51,804 bases of DNA from Rhodospirillales bacterium (GCA_016794005.1 JAEUKY010000213.1:1-51804), one strand, 5' to 3'. Shown: positions 29,943 to 40,463, counted from the stretch's first letter. Translations and numbers: made by a program. The notes: a model not told the origin generated them from the sequence alone.

Positions 29943-31502
29943 CTATTTCCAGAAGGGCCGCTGTTCGGCAAAACGTCGCCAGAGGCCGGGCAACTGTTCG
30001 AGATCGTTGCGCACGCGCGCGGCGATCCAGCCCGTGACGATGCCTTCGGCCCGGGCGAGCAGTTCCGGCGGCAGGCCCGGAGAATCCCGGCCAAGTTCGG
30101 CCAGCAGGGACTTCGCGACGACCGCGTCGTTGAGGGCACCCAGATGCTCCTGCACCTCGGCAAGCGCCGCGAGATAACCGGCCGCCGTCTTGCGGGCGAA
30201 GGCGCCCCGGAAGAACTCCGCCGCATAGCGGAGCTTCTTGCACCGGATGCGCAGTTCGTGGAGTTCGGCTTCCGGCAGTTCGGCGACGTTCCGGCCGAGC
30301 CGCGCAACGTTTCGATGGAGCCGGCGCAGGACAAGGCCTGCGAATTCGCGTACCGGGGCATTGCGCCATTCGCCCATCCCCTCGGCCCAGCCGCCCTTCT
30401 CCCACCAGGCCTCGACGTCGAGGAGCGCATGCGTCAGCCGCGACGTACCCAGCATCGTCTGGACGTCGCGATACGCCTTGCGGCGGGCAGCCTCGGCTGC
30501 GCGCGTCACGCGGGCAAGCGCCGGCTCGTCCTCGAGATGGCGGGTCAGCGGCTTCAGAAGCTGGTTGCGGAACACGTCCCAGTCGCGTGCGGCACCGCAG
30601 CTCGACGCGATCCAGCGCAGGTCGTCCGCCTTCGCCCGGCGCTCGGTTTCGGGCAGCACGTCGCGGAAAGCGGCGAGCGCCGAGCGCATCCGCCGGAGCG
30701 CCACGCGCAGCTGGTGAACGCCTTCGATCGACGGCTTGGTGCGCACCAGGGATTCGTTGGCGCGGGCGTGAGCCAGGCACGTCCGTCCGACCTCGCGGAA
30801 CGAGACTTCGACCGTCGCATCCTTGTCGATCCCGACGGCGGATGCCCTGACCGAGCCGCGGGCCGGAACCGACAGCGCGTAGCCGCGCTCCGCCTTGCTG
30901 CGAGATTCAACGACAGCGGGGACGATCCCGACGATTTCGCGCGCAAGACCGTAGAGTTCGCCGGGATCGCCGGACTTGAGTTCGAGTTCGACCTCGGAGA
31001 TCGGCGACAGCCCTTCGGGACCTTCGATCGTCCCCTTGTCGATGGCCAGTTCGATGACGCTGCCGGCCCGCCTGATGCGCCAGGAGTGGCGGCGAAAATC
31101 GGTCGAGAACATCGGCGTCAGGCGCGCGCGGACCTTCGACTTCGCCAGAAGCTTGCGCGCCTCCTTGTCGCCGATTTCGGCGAGCCAGGCGTCGTCCAGG
31201 ACCGGCCGTTCGCCGACGATCTCGCGCTCCCACTCGCCGCGCGCGAGCAGGCCGAGCGTCGGGTGCGCCGACGTCTTGAGCGTCTGGATCCGCCGCCGCC
31301 CTTCTCGGCGCACGCGCAACGCAAGCTCTGCCGAAAGCAGACGTCTGTCGGGCGTATCGAAATAAGTCGTCCGTAGATGCCGCCTGGTGCCGCCACCGCC
31401 CACCAGGGCCTTTAGACGCGGGTCGCGGGCGAGCTTGGACAGGGCATCGGACGGAACGGCGAGCTTGAGCTCGATCTCCGCCTTTTCGTCCTGCCTGTCC
31501 AT
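29943..31502 (-). CDS. CYTH (triphosphate tunnel metalloenzyme) plus CHAD domain protein
   Basis: N-terminal EIELKL signature with RRHLRTTYFDTPD..LRVRREG. The C-terminal helical region is rich in conserved H/R (HQLRVALRRMRSAL..LHELRIRCKKLRYAAEFF). Confidence 0.85.
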   Translation of the reverse strand: MDRQDEKAEIELKLAVPSDALSKLARDPRLKALVGGGGTRRHLRTTYFDTPDRRLLSAELALRVRREGRRRIQTLKTSAHPTLGLLARGEWEREIVGERPVLDDAWLAEIGDKEARKLLAKSKVRARLTPMFSTDFRRHSWRIRRAGSVIELAIDKGTIEGPEGLSPISEVELELKSGDPGELYGLAREIVGIVPAVVESRSKAERGYALSVPARGSVRASAVGIDKDATVEVSFREVGRTCLAHARANESLVRTKPSIEGVHQLRVALRRMRSALAAFRDVLPETERRAKADDLRWIASSCGAARDWDVFRNQLLKPLTRHLEDEPALARVTRAAEAARRKAYRDVQTMLGTSRLTHALLDVEAWWEKGGWAEGMGEWRNAPVREFAGLVLRRLHRNVARLGRNVAELPEAELHELRIRCKKLRYAAEFFRGAFARKTAAGYLAALAEVQEHLGALNDAVVAKSLLAELGRDSPGLPPELLARAEGIVTGWIAARVRNDLEQLPGLWRRFAEQRPFWK

Positions 31503-31673
31503 CCGTCGACCCGCCTGCCCGTTCCACGACCGCCTGCAGCGACAGCCGCAGCGGACGGCGGAGGTTAGACAGGGCCCGAAGGGCACCGCAAGCGACGATC
31601 TGTTGCCGTTTGATGACAGCAACGAGACCGTCGCGTTTCCTTTTGTTTACAGACGATTGCGCGCTTCCGAACG

Positions 31674-32453
31674 TCAGAGCGTGCCGCCGAAAGCCCCGCC
31701 GTCGAGAACGATGTTCTGCCCCACGATGTAGCCCGCATGTGCGCTGCACAAGAACGCGCAGGCGGCCCCGAACTCCTCCGCCGTGCCGAAGCGCTCGGTC
31801 GGATTGGACTTTCGGCGCGCATCGGCGACCTCGTCCACCGACTTGCCCGACGCCTTGGCACCGCTGGCAAGCATCGAGCGCAGCCGGTCGGTCTCGAACG
31901 GGCCCGGCAGCAGGCCGTTGATCGTGACGTTGTGCTTGGCGATCTGGCGCGACAGCCCGGCGACGAACCCCGTCAGGCCGGCGCGGGCGCCGTTCGACAA
32001 GCCCAGATTGGGGATCGGGCTCTTCACCGCTGCCGACGTGATGTTGACGATGCGGCCGAACTTGCGCGCGATCATGCGATCGACCGTCGCCTTGATCAGC
32101 ATGATCGGCGTGACCATGTTCGCCTCGACGGCCGCATGCCACGCCTTCTCGTCCCAATCGCGGAAATCGCCCGGCGGCGGGCCGCCGGCGTTGTTGACGA
32201 GAATGTCCGGATCCGGGCAGGCGGCGAGAAGCTTCGCACGCCCCTCGGCCGTCGTCACGTCGCAGGCGACGGCGGTCACCTTGACCGAATACCGCTTGCG
32301 CAGATCGGCAGCGGTCGCTTCCAGCGCCTCGACGCCGCGGGCATTGATCACGAGATTCACGCCCTCGGCCGCCAGCGCTTCGGCGCAGCCCTTCCCCAGC
32401 CCCTTCGATCCGGCGCAGACGATCGCGGTACGGCCCTTGATTCCCATATCCAT
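31674..32453 (-). CDS. SDR-family oxidoreductase
   Basis: AIVCAGSKGLGKG, NNAGGPP, SNGARAGLTGF: Rossmann and catalytic-region pattern. Confidence 0.9.
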   Translation of the reverse strand: MDMGIKGRTAIVCAGSKGLGKGCAEALAAEGVNLVINARGVEALEATAADLRKRYSVKVTAVACDVTTAEGRAKLLAACPDPDILVNNAGGPPPGDFRDWDEKAWHAAVEANMVTPIMLIKATVDRMIARKFGRIVNITSAAVKSPIPNLGLSNGARAGLTGFVAGLSRQIAKHNVTINGLLPGPFETDRLRSMLASGAKASGKSVDEVADARRKSNPTERFGTAEEFGAACAFLCSAHAGYIVGQNIVLDGGAFGGTL

Positions 32454-32479
32454 TGTCGGCAACTCCCGTGCTTTCGTTC

Positions 32480-33160
32480 TCAGGTTTCCAGACCCTCGGC
32501 GCGCAGGACGTCGCGCGCAAGGGGAATTGTCAATGGGCGCTTGGCGGCGAGGGCGGCCGCATCCAGCGCAGCCGCGATGCGGCCGACGGCCGCGAGCGAC
32601 CTTTCGAGACGCGTCGCGACATAGCGCACCGTGTCGGGCGGCACGCGCAGCTGGCGATCCGCAAGCTGCTTGACCAGAACCGCCTCGACGAGCTGCTCGT
32701 CGGGTGCGGCGATGCCGACCGCAGGCAACGCCCGCAGTCGCGACGCCAGGTCCGGCAGGTCGGTCTGCCAGCGCGTCGGCGCTTCGCGCGCGGTGAACAG
32801 CGCCCACTGGCCGCGTTCGGCCAGCAGGTTCAGGAAATGGAACCAGGCGCGTGCTTCCGGCGGGTCGCGGTCGACGTCTTCGACCACGACCGCTGGCACG
32901 CCGGCGAGCCGATCGGGCAACGTCCCCGTCTCGATCTCGGCCGGACGAAGCGTGCGGGCCTGCGCGCGCAGGCGCCAGGTCTGGGCAAGATGGGTCTTGC
33001 CGCTGCCCGCCGGCCCATGGACGACAAGAGCGGACGCCGACCAGCCCGGCCAAGCGTCGATCCATGCGACGGCATCGGCATTCGCGGGTGCGACGAGGAA
33101 GTCCTCGCGCTCGAGCGCAGGCCGATGCGGGAATTCGAGGACGAGCTGTCCGCCGCTCAC
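32480..33160 (-). CDS. hdaA: DnaA-related regulatory protein HdaA
   Basis: QLVLEF..FLVAPANADAVAWI..LVVHGPAGSGKTHLAQ..VVEDVD. The GTG overlaps the upstream transporter stop (GTGA). Confidence 0.85.
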   Translation of the reverse strand: MSGGQLVLEFPHRPALEREDFLVAPANADAVAWIDAWPGWSASALVVHGPAGSGKTHLAQTWRLRAQARTLRPAEIETGTLPDRLAGVPAVVVEDVDRDPPEARAWFHFLNLLAERGQWALFTAREAPTRWQTDLPDLASRLRALPAVGIAAPDEQLVEAVLVKQLADRQLRVPPDTVRYVATRLERSLAAVGRIAAALDAAALAAKRPLTIPLARDVLRAEGLET

Positions 33161-34242
33161 GGCGGATCGCTCCCGAGATACAGCGCGCTTTCCATGTAGC
33201 GCTTCATCGCGAAACGCAGCAGCACGCCGAGCGCCGCCGCGACCGGGATGGCGATCAGCACGCCGACGAAGCCGAACAGCGCGCCGCCCGCGAAGATCGA
33301 CAGCATCATCCAGACGGGATGCAGTCCGACGCGGTCGCCGACCAGCTTCGGCGTGATGAAGTTTCCCTCGAGGAACTGGCCTGTCAGGAAGACGGCCAGC
33401 ACGAGCCCGACATCGATCCATGAAGAGAACTGGAATACCGCGATCGACATGCCGGTCGCCATGCCGACGAACACGCCGACATATGGAATGAAGCTGAGGA
33501 TGCCGGTCAGAAGCCCGACGAGCAGGCCGTAGCTTAGATCGACCAGCGTCAGTCCCGCCGCGTAGAAGGCCGCCAGGAAAAGACATACCAGCGCCTGCCC
33601 GCGCAGGAATCCCGCAAGACGTGCGTCGATCTCGCTGAGCAGGCTCCGGATCGTGTCCGCATGCCTGCGCGGCAGCCAACTGTCGATCTTCGAATGGACC
33701 AGCGTCCAGTCGCGAACGAGGTAGAACACCACGACCGGCGTGATGAAGATCAGCGCGAACATGTTGACGATCGCCAGCCCGCCGCTGAGTACGCCTCCCA
33801 ATGCGCGCGCGATCCAGCCCAGCGCGGTACGCAGCGCGTCGCCCGCGCCGCTCAGCTGCTGCACGTCGACAGCGCCGACATGGGCGAACAGGTCGTCGAG
33901 ATAGGGTCGCGCAAGCTCGAAAAGCTGGCGCGAGACGACGGCAAGCCTGTCGCCGAGTCCGACGAGCTGGTGCTGCAGCACGGGCGCGAGCAGCACCGCC
34001 GCCGTCGTCGTGAACGCGAAGAACGCGATCGTTACGATGGCGGCGGCGCCCACGCGCGGAATGCCGACGCGCACGATCCGGTCGACCACCGGATCGATCA
34101 GATAGGCGATCGCGGCGGCGACGACGAACGGAAGCAGCACGCCGCTGAGCGCGTAGATGACGAAACCGAAGGCCGCCACGATCGCCACCCAGGCGACTGG
34201 CTGGTTCCAAAGGAAGGGCCGCTTCGTTTCCGGGCTGCTCAT
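33157..34242 (-). CDS. AI-2E family transporter (PerM/UPF0118)
   Basis: Multi-TM protein with LSFIPYVGVFVG..EGNFITPKLVGDRVGLHPVWMM. The ATG overlaps the pgsA-like stop (ATGA). Confidence 0.9.
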   Translation of the reverse strand: MSSPETKRPFLWNQPVAWVAIVAAFGFVIYALSGVLLPFVVAAAIAYLIDPVVDRIVRVGIPRVGAAAIVTIAFFAFTTTAAVLLAPVLQHQLVGLGDRLAVVSRQLFELARPYLDDLFAHVGAVDVQQLSGAGDALRTALGWIARALGGVLSGGLAIVNMFALIFITPVVVFYLVRDWTLVHSKIDSWLPRRHADTIRSLLSEIDARLAGFLRGQALVCLFLAAFYAAGLTLVDLSYGLLVGLLTGILSFIPYVGVFVGMATGMSIAVFQFSSWIDVGLVLAVFLTGQFLEGNFITPKLVGDRVGLHPVWMMLSIFAGGALFGFVGVLIAIPVAAALGVLLRFAMKRYMESALYLGSDPP

Positions 34243-34787
34243 GCGGCATCCTCTTCCTCGGACAACCGCCTTGTCCAGCGGACAACGTAGGCGAGCCCCG
34301 ACGCGAGCGTCGTGACGGCCGTGACGTCGACGAGCAGCCAGCGCCAGCGCTCGAACTCGAACCCGACGCCGAGTTCGGCGAGCACCGCGGCGGCGAGAAG
34401 TATCTGCAGCGTCGTGTTGAGCTTGCTGATCCACATCGGATCGGACTTGAAGCTGCCCGTTATGGCGACGACGACGAGCGCGCCGCCGACGATCAGCAGG
34501 TCGCGGAAGATGACCATGATCGCCAGCCAGGCCGGAATGTGCCCGGTCCAGCCGAGCACCAGAAAGACCGAAACCAGCAGCGCCTTGTCGGCAAGCGGGT
34601 CGAGATAGGACCCGAGTTCGGTTTCCCAGCCGAACCGCTTGGCGAGGAAGCCGTCGAGCGCGTCGGTAGCGCCCGCCGCGATGAACAGCCAGAAGGCCAG
34701 TTCGAACTGCGCGACCAGCATCAGCCAGACCGCGACGGGAACGGCAAGCAGGCGCGAGAAGGAAAGCAGGTTCGGAAGGTTGATCAC
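34239..34787 (-). CDS. pgsA: CDP-alcohol phosphatidyltransferase (PgsA-like)
   Basis: DALDGFLAKRFGWETELGSYLDPLADK motif. Preferred start is the GTG at 34787, which overlaps the upstream stop (GTGA). An alternative TTG is at 34826. Confidence 0.85.
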   Translation of the reverse strand: MINLPNLLSFSRLLAVPVAVWLMLVAQFELAFWLFIAAGATDALDGFLAKRFGWETELGSYLDPLADKALLVSVFLVLGWTGHIPAWLAIMVIFRDLLIVGGALVVVAITGSFKSDPMWISKLNTTLQILLAAAVLAELGVGFEFERWRWLLVDVTAVTTLASGLAYVVRWTRRLSEEEDAA

Positions 34788-35902
34788 GGGCGCCTGCCGC
34801 CCCGCTCGACGAGTTGGAGCCGCCAATTTCCCTCTTCCTCCTCCAGTGCCACGTCGCGCTGGGCCAGCGCCGTGCGCAGCGCCTCAGTCCCGCCTTCGTG
34901 CTGGATGTCGACGATGGCACCGCCCCGCCCGAGAACAAGGACGTCGAGCCGCCGCACGGTCGCCACTTCGGCAAGCCGGCGGCGCACCGCAATCCATTCG
35001 GCAAGATCGGCGACCGGTATCGTCGCACGAAGCGTCGTCACGTCGCCGCCTTGGACGAGAACCTCCGCTTTCCACCGCTCCTCGATCAGTTCGGCCGACG
35101 CGCGCGCGATGCGGGGCCATGCGGCTTCCGCCGTTTCGCCGGCCGAAAGACGGAATACTTGCGACCAGTCCGCGTCGGGCGCCGGCGCTCCGACGCGCGA
35201 AAACTGCACCTGCACCGACGCGCCCGAAACGCCCGCTTCGTCGGTTTCGGCGCTGACCACGACGACGCCCTGCGTGCCGTGGCGCGCGGCGAGCGCCCGA
35301 AGCCGCGCCCGGTCGAGCGTCGCCGCCTGCTCGGCCCCGATCAGACCGGCATCCTCGACGTCGGCCAGCGGCAGGACCCAAGGCTGCAGCCCCGTCGGCG
35401 GCGGAAGCGCCGACCAGGCGACGCGCCACGCGTTGTCGTCCTCCCAGAGCTGCACCTGTCCGTCGCGGATGGCGACAGGCAGGACGAGCAAGCGCCGGGC
35501 CGGCGTTTCGGCGTAAGCGACGCCGCGGCCGCGGAAAAGCTGGCGTACGTCGTTCGAGCGGAACCTGTAGCCGAGCGCGCCGATCCAGCGCGTTCCCGAC
35601 CCGCGTTCGGATTCGACCTCGAAGCTGTCGATCAGCGGGACGATCTCGCCGACCGGAAGCGCCAGCACGGGACCGCGCGCCTCGGCAGGTACCATGCGCT
35701 CGACCAGCCGGCGCCAGGCCAGACGCTGCCCCTCCGCAATGGCCTGATCGCGCGCCTGGGCCGCCGTCGCCGCACTCCGGTCGACCTCGACGCCACGCAC
35801 GGCGAACACGTCGATGGCCGCCGGTGCCGGAACCTGAGCGAGCCCGGCCGTACCGGCCGCGACCGCTACCGCAAATCCCAGAACCAACGCCCGAAGCGCC
35901 AT
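34784..35902 (-). CDS. Secreted protein of unknown function (DUF2066-like by recollection)
   Basis: Signal peptide [24 protein letters not shown]. Divergent from purM. First gene of a four-gene chain linked by overlaps. Confidence 0.7.
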   Translation of the reverse strand: MALRALVLGFAVAVAAGTAGLAQVPAPAAIDVFAVRGVEVDRSAATAAQARDQAIAEGQRLAWRRLVERMVPAEARGPVLALPVGEIVPLIDSFEVESERGSGTRWIGALGYRFRSNDVRQLFRGRGVAYAETPARRLLVLPVAIRDGQVQLWEDDNAWRVAWSALPPPTGLQPWVLPLADVEDAGLIGAEQAATLDRARLRALAARHGTQGVVVVSAETDEAGVSGASVQVQFSRVGAPAPDADWSQVFRLSAGETAEAAWPRIARASAELIEERWKAEVLVQGGDVTTLRATIPVADLAEWIAVRRRLAEVATVRRLDVLVLGRGGAIVDIQHEGGTEALRTALAQRDVALEEEEGNWRLQLVERGGRRP

Positions 35903-35985
35903 TGCAAACCGTTCCGAATCCTTTATTTTCCGCCCGTCGCCGGGGGTCAGACCACCGTTATAGCCAATCCGGCAAAGGGGCGCCA

Positions 35986-37050
35986 ATGAGCACGAACCGA
36001 TACGCGGAAGCCGGGGTGGACATCGACGCGGGCGAAGCCTTGGTCGAGGCAATCAAGCCGATGGCCAAGTCGACCCGTCGGCCCGGTTCCGAAGCCGGTC
36101 TGGGCGGTTTCGGCGCGCTCTTCGACCTCAAGGCCGCCGGCTTCAAGGATCCGATCCTCGTCGCCACGAACGACGGTGTCGGCACGAAACTGAAGATCGC
36201 CATCGAATCGGGCCGGCACGAGACGGTCGGTATCGATCTGGTGGCAATGTGCGTGAACGATCTGGTCGTCCAGGGGGCCGAGCCGCTCTTCTTCCTCGAC
36301 TATTTCGCGACCGGAAAACTCGATGTGGCGGCGGCAAAATCTATCGTCGGCGGTATCGCGGAGGGATGCCGGATCGCGGGCTGCGCGCTTGTCGGCGGCG
36401 AGACTGCGGAAATGCCCGGAATGTACGCCGCAGGTGACTACGACCTCGCCGGCTTCTCGGTCGGCGCCCTCGAACGCGGTACGGGGATCGATGGATCGAA
36501 GGTCGCGTCCGGCGACGTCGTCCTCGGCCTTACTTCGTCGGGCGTGCATTCGAATGGCTTCTCGCTCGTCCGTCGCATCGTCCACAGCGCGGAACTCTCG
36601 TGGCAGGCCCCTGCGCCTTTCGCTCCCGACAGGTCGCTTGCCGAAGCGCTTCTCGCACCGACGCGCATCTACGTGAAGAGCTGCCTTGCCCTCGCGCGCG
36701 CAGGAAATGCGAAGGCGATGGCGCACATCACCGGTGGCGGTCTGGTGGAAAACATACCGCGCGTCATCCCCGACGGCCTGCAGGTGCGCATCGATGCCCG
36801 GACATGGAAGCTGCCGGCAGTCTTCGCCTGGCTTGCCAAAGGCGGAAACGTCGCGCGCGCTGAAATGGTCCGCGTCTTCAACTGCGGGATCGGCATGGTG
36901 GTCGTCGTGCCCGCAGACGGCAAAGATGCCGCGATGAAGCTGCTGCGGGAAGCTGGAGAGACGCCGATCGAGATCGGGCGCGTCGTTCCGCGTCCCGGCC
37001 GCGACGCGCCGGGCTGCGTCGTCGACAATCTCGACAGCTGGTCGGTCTAG
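35986..37050 (+). CDS. purM: Phosphoribosylformylglycinamidine cyclo-ligase
   Basis: [41 protein letters not shown]. Confidence 0.95.
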   Translation: MSTNRYAEAGVDIDAGEALVEAIKPMAKSTRRPGSEAGLGGFGALFDLKAAGFKDPILVATNDGVGTKLKIAIESGRHETVGIDLVAMCVNDLVVQGAEPLFFLDYFATGKLDVAAAKSIVGGIAEGCRIAGCALVGGETAEMPGMYAAGDYDLAGFSVGALERGTGIDGSKVASGDVVLGLTSSGVHSNGFSLVRRIVHSAELSWQAPAPFAPDRSLAEALLAPTRIYVKSCLALARAGNAKAMAHITGGGLVENIPRVIPDGLQVRIDARTWKLPAVFAWLAKGGNVARAEMVRVFNCGIGMVVVVPADGKDAAMKLLREAGETPIEIGRVVPRPGRDAPGCVVDNLDSWSV

Positions 37051-37051
37051 C

Positions 37052-37702
37052 GTGGCGCGCCTGCGCGTCGGGATCCTGATTTCGGGTCGCGGCAGCAACA
37101 TGCGCGCGCTCGTCGAGGCTGCGCGCGCGCCCGACTTTCCCGCCGAAATCGGGCTGGTCGTTTCGAATGTGCCCGATGCGGGCGGACTGGTCTTTGCGCG
37201 CGACGCCGGTATTGCCACGGCGACGGTCGATCACCGCGCGTTCAAGGGGCGCGAGCCGTTCGAACAGGCGCTCGACGCCGAACTGCGCAAGGCGGGCGTC
37301 GAGTTCGTCTGCCTTGCCGGCTTCATGCGCCTGCTCACGCCCTCGTTCGTCGACGCCTGGCACGACCGGATGATCAACATCCACCCCTCGCTGCTGCCGT
37401 CCTTCCCGGGGCTCGACACGCACAAGCGGGCCCTTGCCGAGGGCGTGCGGATCGCCGGCTGCACGGTGCATTTCGTCCGGGCCAAAATGGATGCCGGCCC
37501 GATCGTCGGGCAGGCGGCCGTCCCCGTGCTGCCGGGCGACGACGAGAAAATGCTTGCCGCGCGCATCCTCGCGGCCGAACACAGGCTCTATCCGGCGGCC
37601 CTGCGCCTGATCGCCGGCGGGAAAACCCGGGTCGACGGCGAGCGCGTCGTCGTCGCCGACGCCGGCGCTCCGGTCCCGCTGCTGCTCAATCCGGCCGTTT
37701 GA
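37052..37702 (+). CDS. purN: Phosphoribosylglycinamide formyltransferase
   Basis: VGILISGRGSNMRALV..CLAGFMRLL..INIHPSLLP..GCTVHFV. The GTG lies 1 nt after the purM stop. Confidence 0.95.
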   Translation: MARLRVGILISGRGSNMRALVEAARAPDFPAEIGLVVSNVPDAGGLVFARDAGIATATVDHRAFKGREPFEQALDAELRKAGVEFVCLAGFMRLLTPSFVDAWHDRMINIHPSLLPSFPGLDTHKRALAEGVRIAGCTVHFVRAKMDAGPIVGQAAVPVLPGDDEKMLAARILAAEHRLYPAALRLIAGGKTRVDGERVVVADAGAPVPLLLNPAV

Positions 37703-37750
37703 AAAACCGGGCCGGATCGCATATTGTTCTCGCCCAATTCGGAGGAATCC

Positions 37751-37912
37751 ATGGCCGGCGCATCGCACGACAAGTTCGACAAGGAATTCAACTACGACAT
37801 GACCCAGAATCTGGAGACATGGTCGGACTTCAACCGGATCGCCAAGTGGGTGTCGGGCCTGACGATCCTTACACTGGTCGCAATGTACGTGTTCCTGGTT
37901 CCGCACGGCTGA
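37751..37912 (+). CDS. Small single-TM protein resembling bacterial aa3-type cytochrome oxidase subunit IV
   Basis: 53 aa, MAGASHDKFDKEFNYDMTQNLETWSDFNRIAKWVSGLTILTLVAMYVF. GGAGGA lies 4 nt upstream of the ATG. Family assignment is from recollection of the H..MD..Q..T...F + TM pattern. Confidence 0.5.
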   Translation: MAGASHDKFDKEFNYDMTQNLETWSDFNRIAKWVSGLTILTLVAMYVFLVPHG

Positions 37913-37937
37913 AACGCCGCCCGGCGGCACGAACGAA

Positions 37938-37969
37938 AAGGGCCGCGCCGGTCTCCGGCGCGGCCCTTC
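37938..37969. terminator. Bidirectional intrinsic terminator between the small membrane-protein gene and ndk
   Basis: Perfect 14-bp stem AAGGGCCGCGCCGG-tctc-CCGGCGCGGCCCTT. On the minus strand (ndk sense) it is followed by TTCGTTC, giving CUUUUCGUUC. Confidence 0.7.
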
Positions 37970-37990
37970 GCATTTCCGGAAAGAGCCGGA

Positions 37991-38413
37991 TCAGCCGACG
38001 ATTTCGAGGCCCGAGAAGAAGAATGCGATCTCGATCGCGGCATTCTCGAGGCTGTCCGATCCGTGGGCCGAGTTCGCCTCGATCGATTCCGCGAACTCCT
38101 TGCGGATCGTGCCGGGAGCGGCATTGGCCGGGTTCGTGGCGCCCATCACCTCGCGGTACTTCGCGACGGCATTCTCGCCTTCCAGGACCTGGACGACGAC
38201 GGGCCCCGAGGTCATGAACGCGACCAGCGAGCCGAAGAACGGACGCGCCTTGTGCACGCCGTAGAAAGTTTCGGCCTGCGCCTTGGTCATGTGGATGCGC
38301 TTCTGCGCGACGATGCGCAGGCCCGACTTCTCGATCAGCGCGTTGATTGCGCCGGTGAGGTTGCGTCGCGTCGCGTCGGGCTTGACGATGGAAAAGGTGC
38401 GCTCGATGGCCAT
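37991..38413 (-). CDS. ndk: Nucleoside diphosphate kinase
   Basis: [22 protein letters not shown]. Confidence 0.97.
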   Translation of the reverse strand: MAIERTFSIVKPDATRRNLTGAINALIEKSGLRIVAQKRIHMTKAQAETFYGVHKARPFFGSLVAFMTSGPVVVQVLEGENAVAKYREVMGATNPANAAPGTIRKEFAESIEANSAHGSDSLENAAIEIAFFFSGLEIVG

Positions 38414-38460
38414 AGGAAAACTGCTCTCTGGTCTGGATTGGCAGGAACGGGGTGGCGGGG

Positions 38461-38489
38461 CTTATAGCGGCGCCGGTCGCGGATGGCAA
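38461..38489 (-). promoter_or_regulatory. Putative ndk promoter (TTGCCA-N17-TATAAG)
   Basis: The minus strand reads TTGCCAtccgcgaccggcgccgcTATAAG. The -10 ends 47 nt upstream of the ndk ATG. Confidence 0.4.
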
Positions 38490-38502
38490 CCGGCCAGCCG
38501 TT

Positions 38503-38964
38503 TCAGCCGGCCTTCTCCCAGCCGCCCTTGTCGCCCTGCCGCCAGTAAGTCAGCGCATGGCCCTGCGCCTTCAGGGTTTTCCAGCGCGCGCGCGCAGCTT
38601 CGACGGCCGCTTCGTCGTTGCCGTCGAACACCTCGCAGATCAGTTTCCACGGCTCGGGATCCTCGGCCGTCTGCCCGTCGAGCAGGACCAGCAGCGTGGC
38701 GCCGTTCGGGTTTTCGATCCGGGTCGTGATCCAAATGGGCTGGTCGGCCGCGAACGGGTCGTTGCCGTTCGCAGGCGCCATCGCATGCGGCAGGAACGAG
38801 CGCTCCTCGTAGGTCCACAGCGTCGCGTCGACCGACGCCGCGCGCTCGACGCTTCCGGCCACGACCACCGCGCGGTGCCCCTGCCCCACCGCCTTCTCGA
38901 GAATCTTCGGAAGGGCGGTCTCGAGCGTTGAACTGCGCAGGTGGTAGAAGCGGATCTCCGTCAC
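38503..38964 (-). CDS. holC: DNA polymerase III chi subunit
   Basis: TEIRFYHLRSSTLETALPKILEKA..LWTY..FLPH. The GTG overlaps the pepA stop (GTGA). Only the last 153 codons of the 1081-codon ORF are credible. Confidence 0.85.
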   Translation of the reverse strand: MTEIRFYHLRSSTLETALPKILEKAVGQGHRAVVVAGSVERAASVDATLWTYEERSFLPHAMAPANGNDPFAADQPIWITTRIENPNGATLLVLLDGQTAEDPEPWKLICEVFDGNDEAAVEAARARWKTLKAQGHALTYWRQGDKGGWEKAG

Positions 38965-40463
38965 GCTTCCTCGTAGTTGTCCGCGACGAGACGGTCGAGC
39001 AGGCGAACGCCGAAGGCGGTCGCACCCTTCGGGCAGATCGCCGTGTCCTTGCCGTTCCAGGCCATGCCGGCGATGTCGATATGGACCCACGGCACGTCGT
39101 TGACGAAGCGGTGCAGGAACTGCCCGCCGATGATCGAGCCCGCCCCACGGCCGGCCGCGATATTCTTGACGTCCGCCGCGGGGCTGTCGATGTCCCGGTC
39201 GTAGGCTTCGCCAAGCGGCAGGCGCCAGACCTTCTCGCCGGTCGCCGTACCTGCAGCGATCAGCTTGTTCGCAAGTTCGTCGTTGTTGCCCATGATGCCG
39301 GCATACTCGTGCCCGAGCGCTATGATCACCGCACCCGTCAGCGTGGCGAGATCGAGCATCGCCTTGGGCTTGAAACGGTCCTGCACGTACCAGAGCACGT
39401 CGGCGAGCACGAGGCGGCCTTCGGCGTCGGTATTGAGCACTTCGATCGTCTTGCCCGACATCGACTTCACGATGTCGGACGGGCGCTGCGCGTTGCCCGA
39501 CGGCATGTTCTCGACGAGGCCGACGGCGCCGATCGCGTTCACCTTCGCGTGGCGCGCGGCGAGCGCTTCCATCGTGCCGATGACGGCGGCCGATCCGGCC
39601 ATGTCCCACTTCATGTCTTCCATGCCGGCCGAAGGCTTGATCGAAATGCCGCCCGTATCGAAGGTGACGCCCTTGCCGACGAACGCGATCGGGCGCTTGT
39701 CCTTGGCCTTCGGCGCGCCGTTGTACTGCATGACGACCATGCGCGACGGCCGGGCCGAGCCCATGCCCACGCCGAGCAGCGCCCCCGCCCCCAGTTTCTC
39801 GAGCTGCTTCTCGTCGAAGATCTCGACCTTGACGCCGAAGGCGGTCAGGCGCTTGCAGCGCTCGGCGAGGCTTTCGGGAAAGAGGACGTTCGGCGGCTCG
39901 GACACGAGATCGCGCGTGAAGGCGATCGCGTCCGCCACGCGGTCGAGCGGCCCGTGCACCTTGCGCGCTGCGGCCACGTCGGTGACGAGAAGATTCAGCG
40001 CCTTCAGCGTCGGCTTGGCGTCTTCCTTCTCGCGCGTCTTGTACTTGTCGAAACGGTAGGCGCGCAGCTTGGCGCCGAACGCCAGATGTGCCGCCATGTC
40101 GCCCGGATTGAGCGAAGCGCCGGGGATATGCTCGACCGAAACGGTCGCAAGCGTCTCGCCGACATGGTTGAGATGCGCCACCAGCTTGCCGCCGGAGGCT
40201 TCGGCGCCCGCCTTGTCGAGCTTGTCGAGCTTGCCGAGGCCGGCGAGCACGATGCGCCCGAACGGCACGCCCTTGGGCGCCACGATGTCGAGAAACTCGT
40301 CCTTCTTGCCCTTGAATCTCGTCGAGGCCATCGCCCGGGTGACGACCCCGCCCGTCTTCTTGTCGAGTGCGGCGGCGGCAGGGGTCAGCTTTCTCTCCTC
40401 CAGAACGCCGACGACATAGGCGCCGCTTGCGGGAGGTTCGGGCTTCAAGAACGCGATTTTCAT
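38961..40463 (-). CDS. pepA: Leucyl aminopeptidase
   Basis: VGKGVTFDTGGISIKP, NTDAEGRLVLAD, M17 family. Start at MKIAFLKPE. Confidence 0.95.
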   Translation of the reverse strand: MKIAFLKPEPPASGAYVVGVLEERKLTPAAAALDKKTGGVVTRAMASTRFKGKKDEFLDIVAPKGVPFGRIVLAGLGKLDKLDKAGAEASGGKLVAHLNHVGETLATVSVEHIPGASLNPGDMAAHLAFGAKLRAYRFDKYKTREKEDAKPTLKALNLLVTDVAAARKVHGPLDRVADAIAFTRDLVSEPPNVLFPESLAERCKRLTAFGVKVEIFDEKQLEKLGAGALLGVGMGSARPSRMVVMQYNGAPKAKDKRPIAFVGKGVTFDTGGISIKPSAGMEDMKWDMAGSAAVIGTMEALAARHAKVNAIGAVGLVENMPSGNAQRPSDIVKSMSGKTIEVLNTDAEGRLVLADVLWYVQDRFKPKAMLDLATLTGAVIIALGHEYAGIMGNNDELANKLIAAGTATGEKVWRLPLGEAYDRDIDSPAADVKNIAAGRGAGSIIGGQFLHRFVNDVPWVHIDIAGMAWNGKDTAICPKGATAFGVRLLDRLVADNYEEA

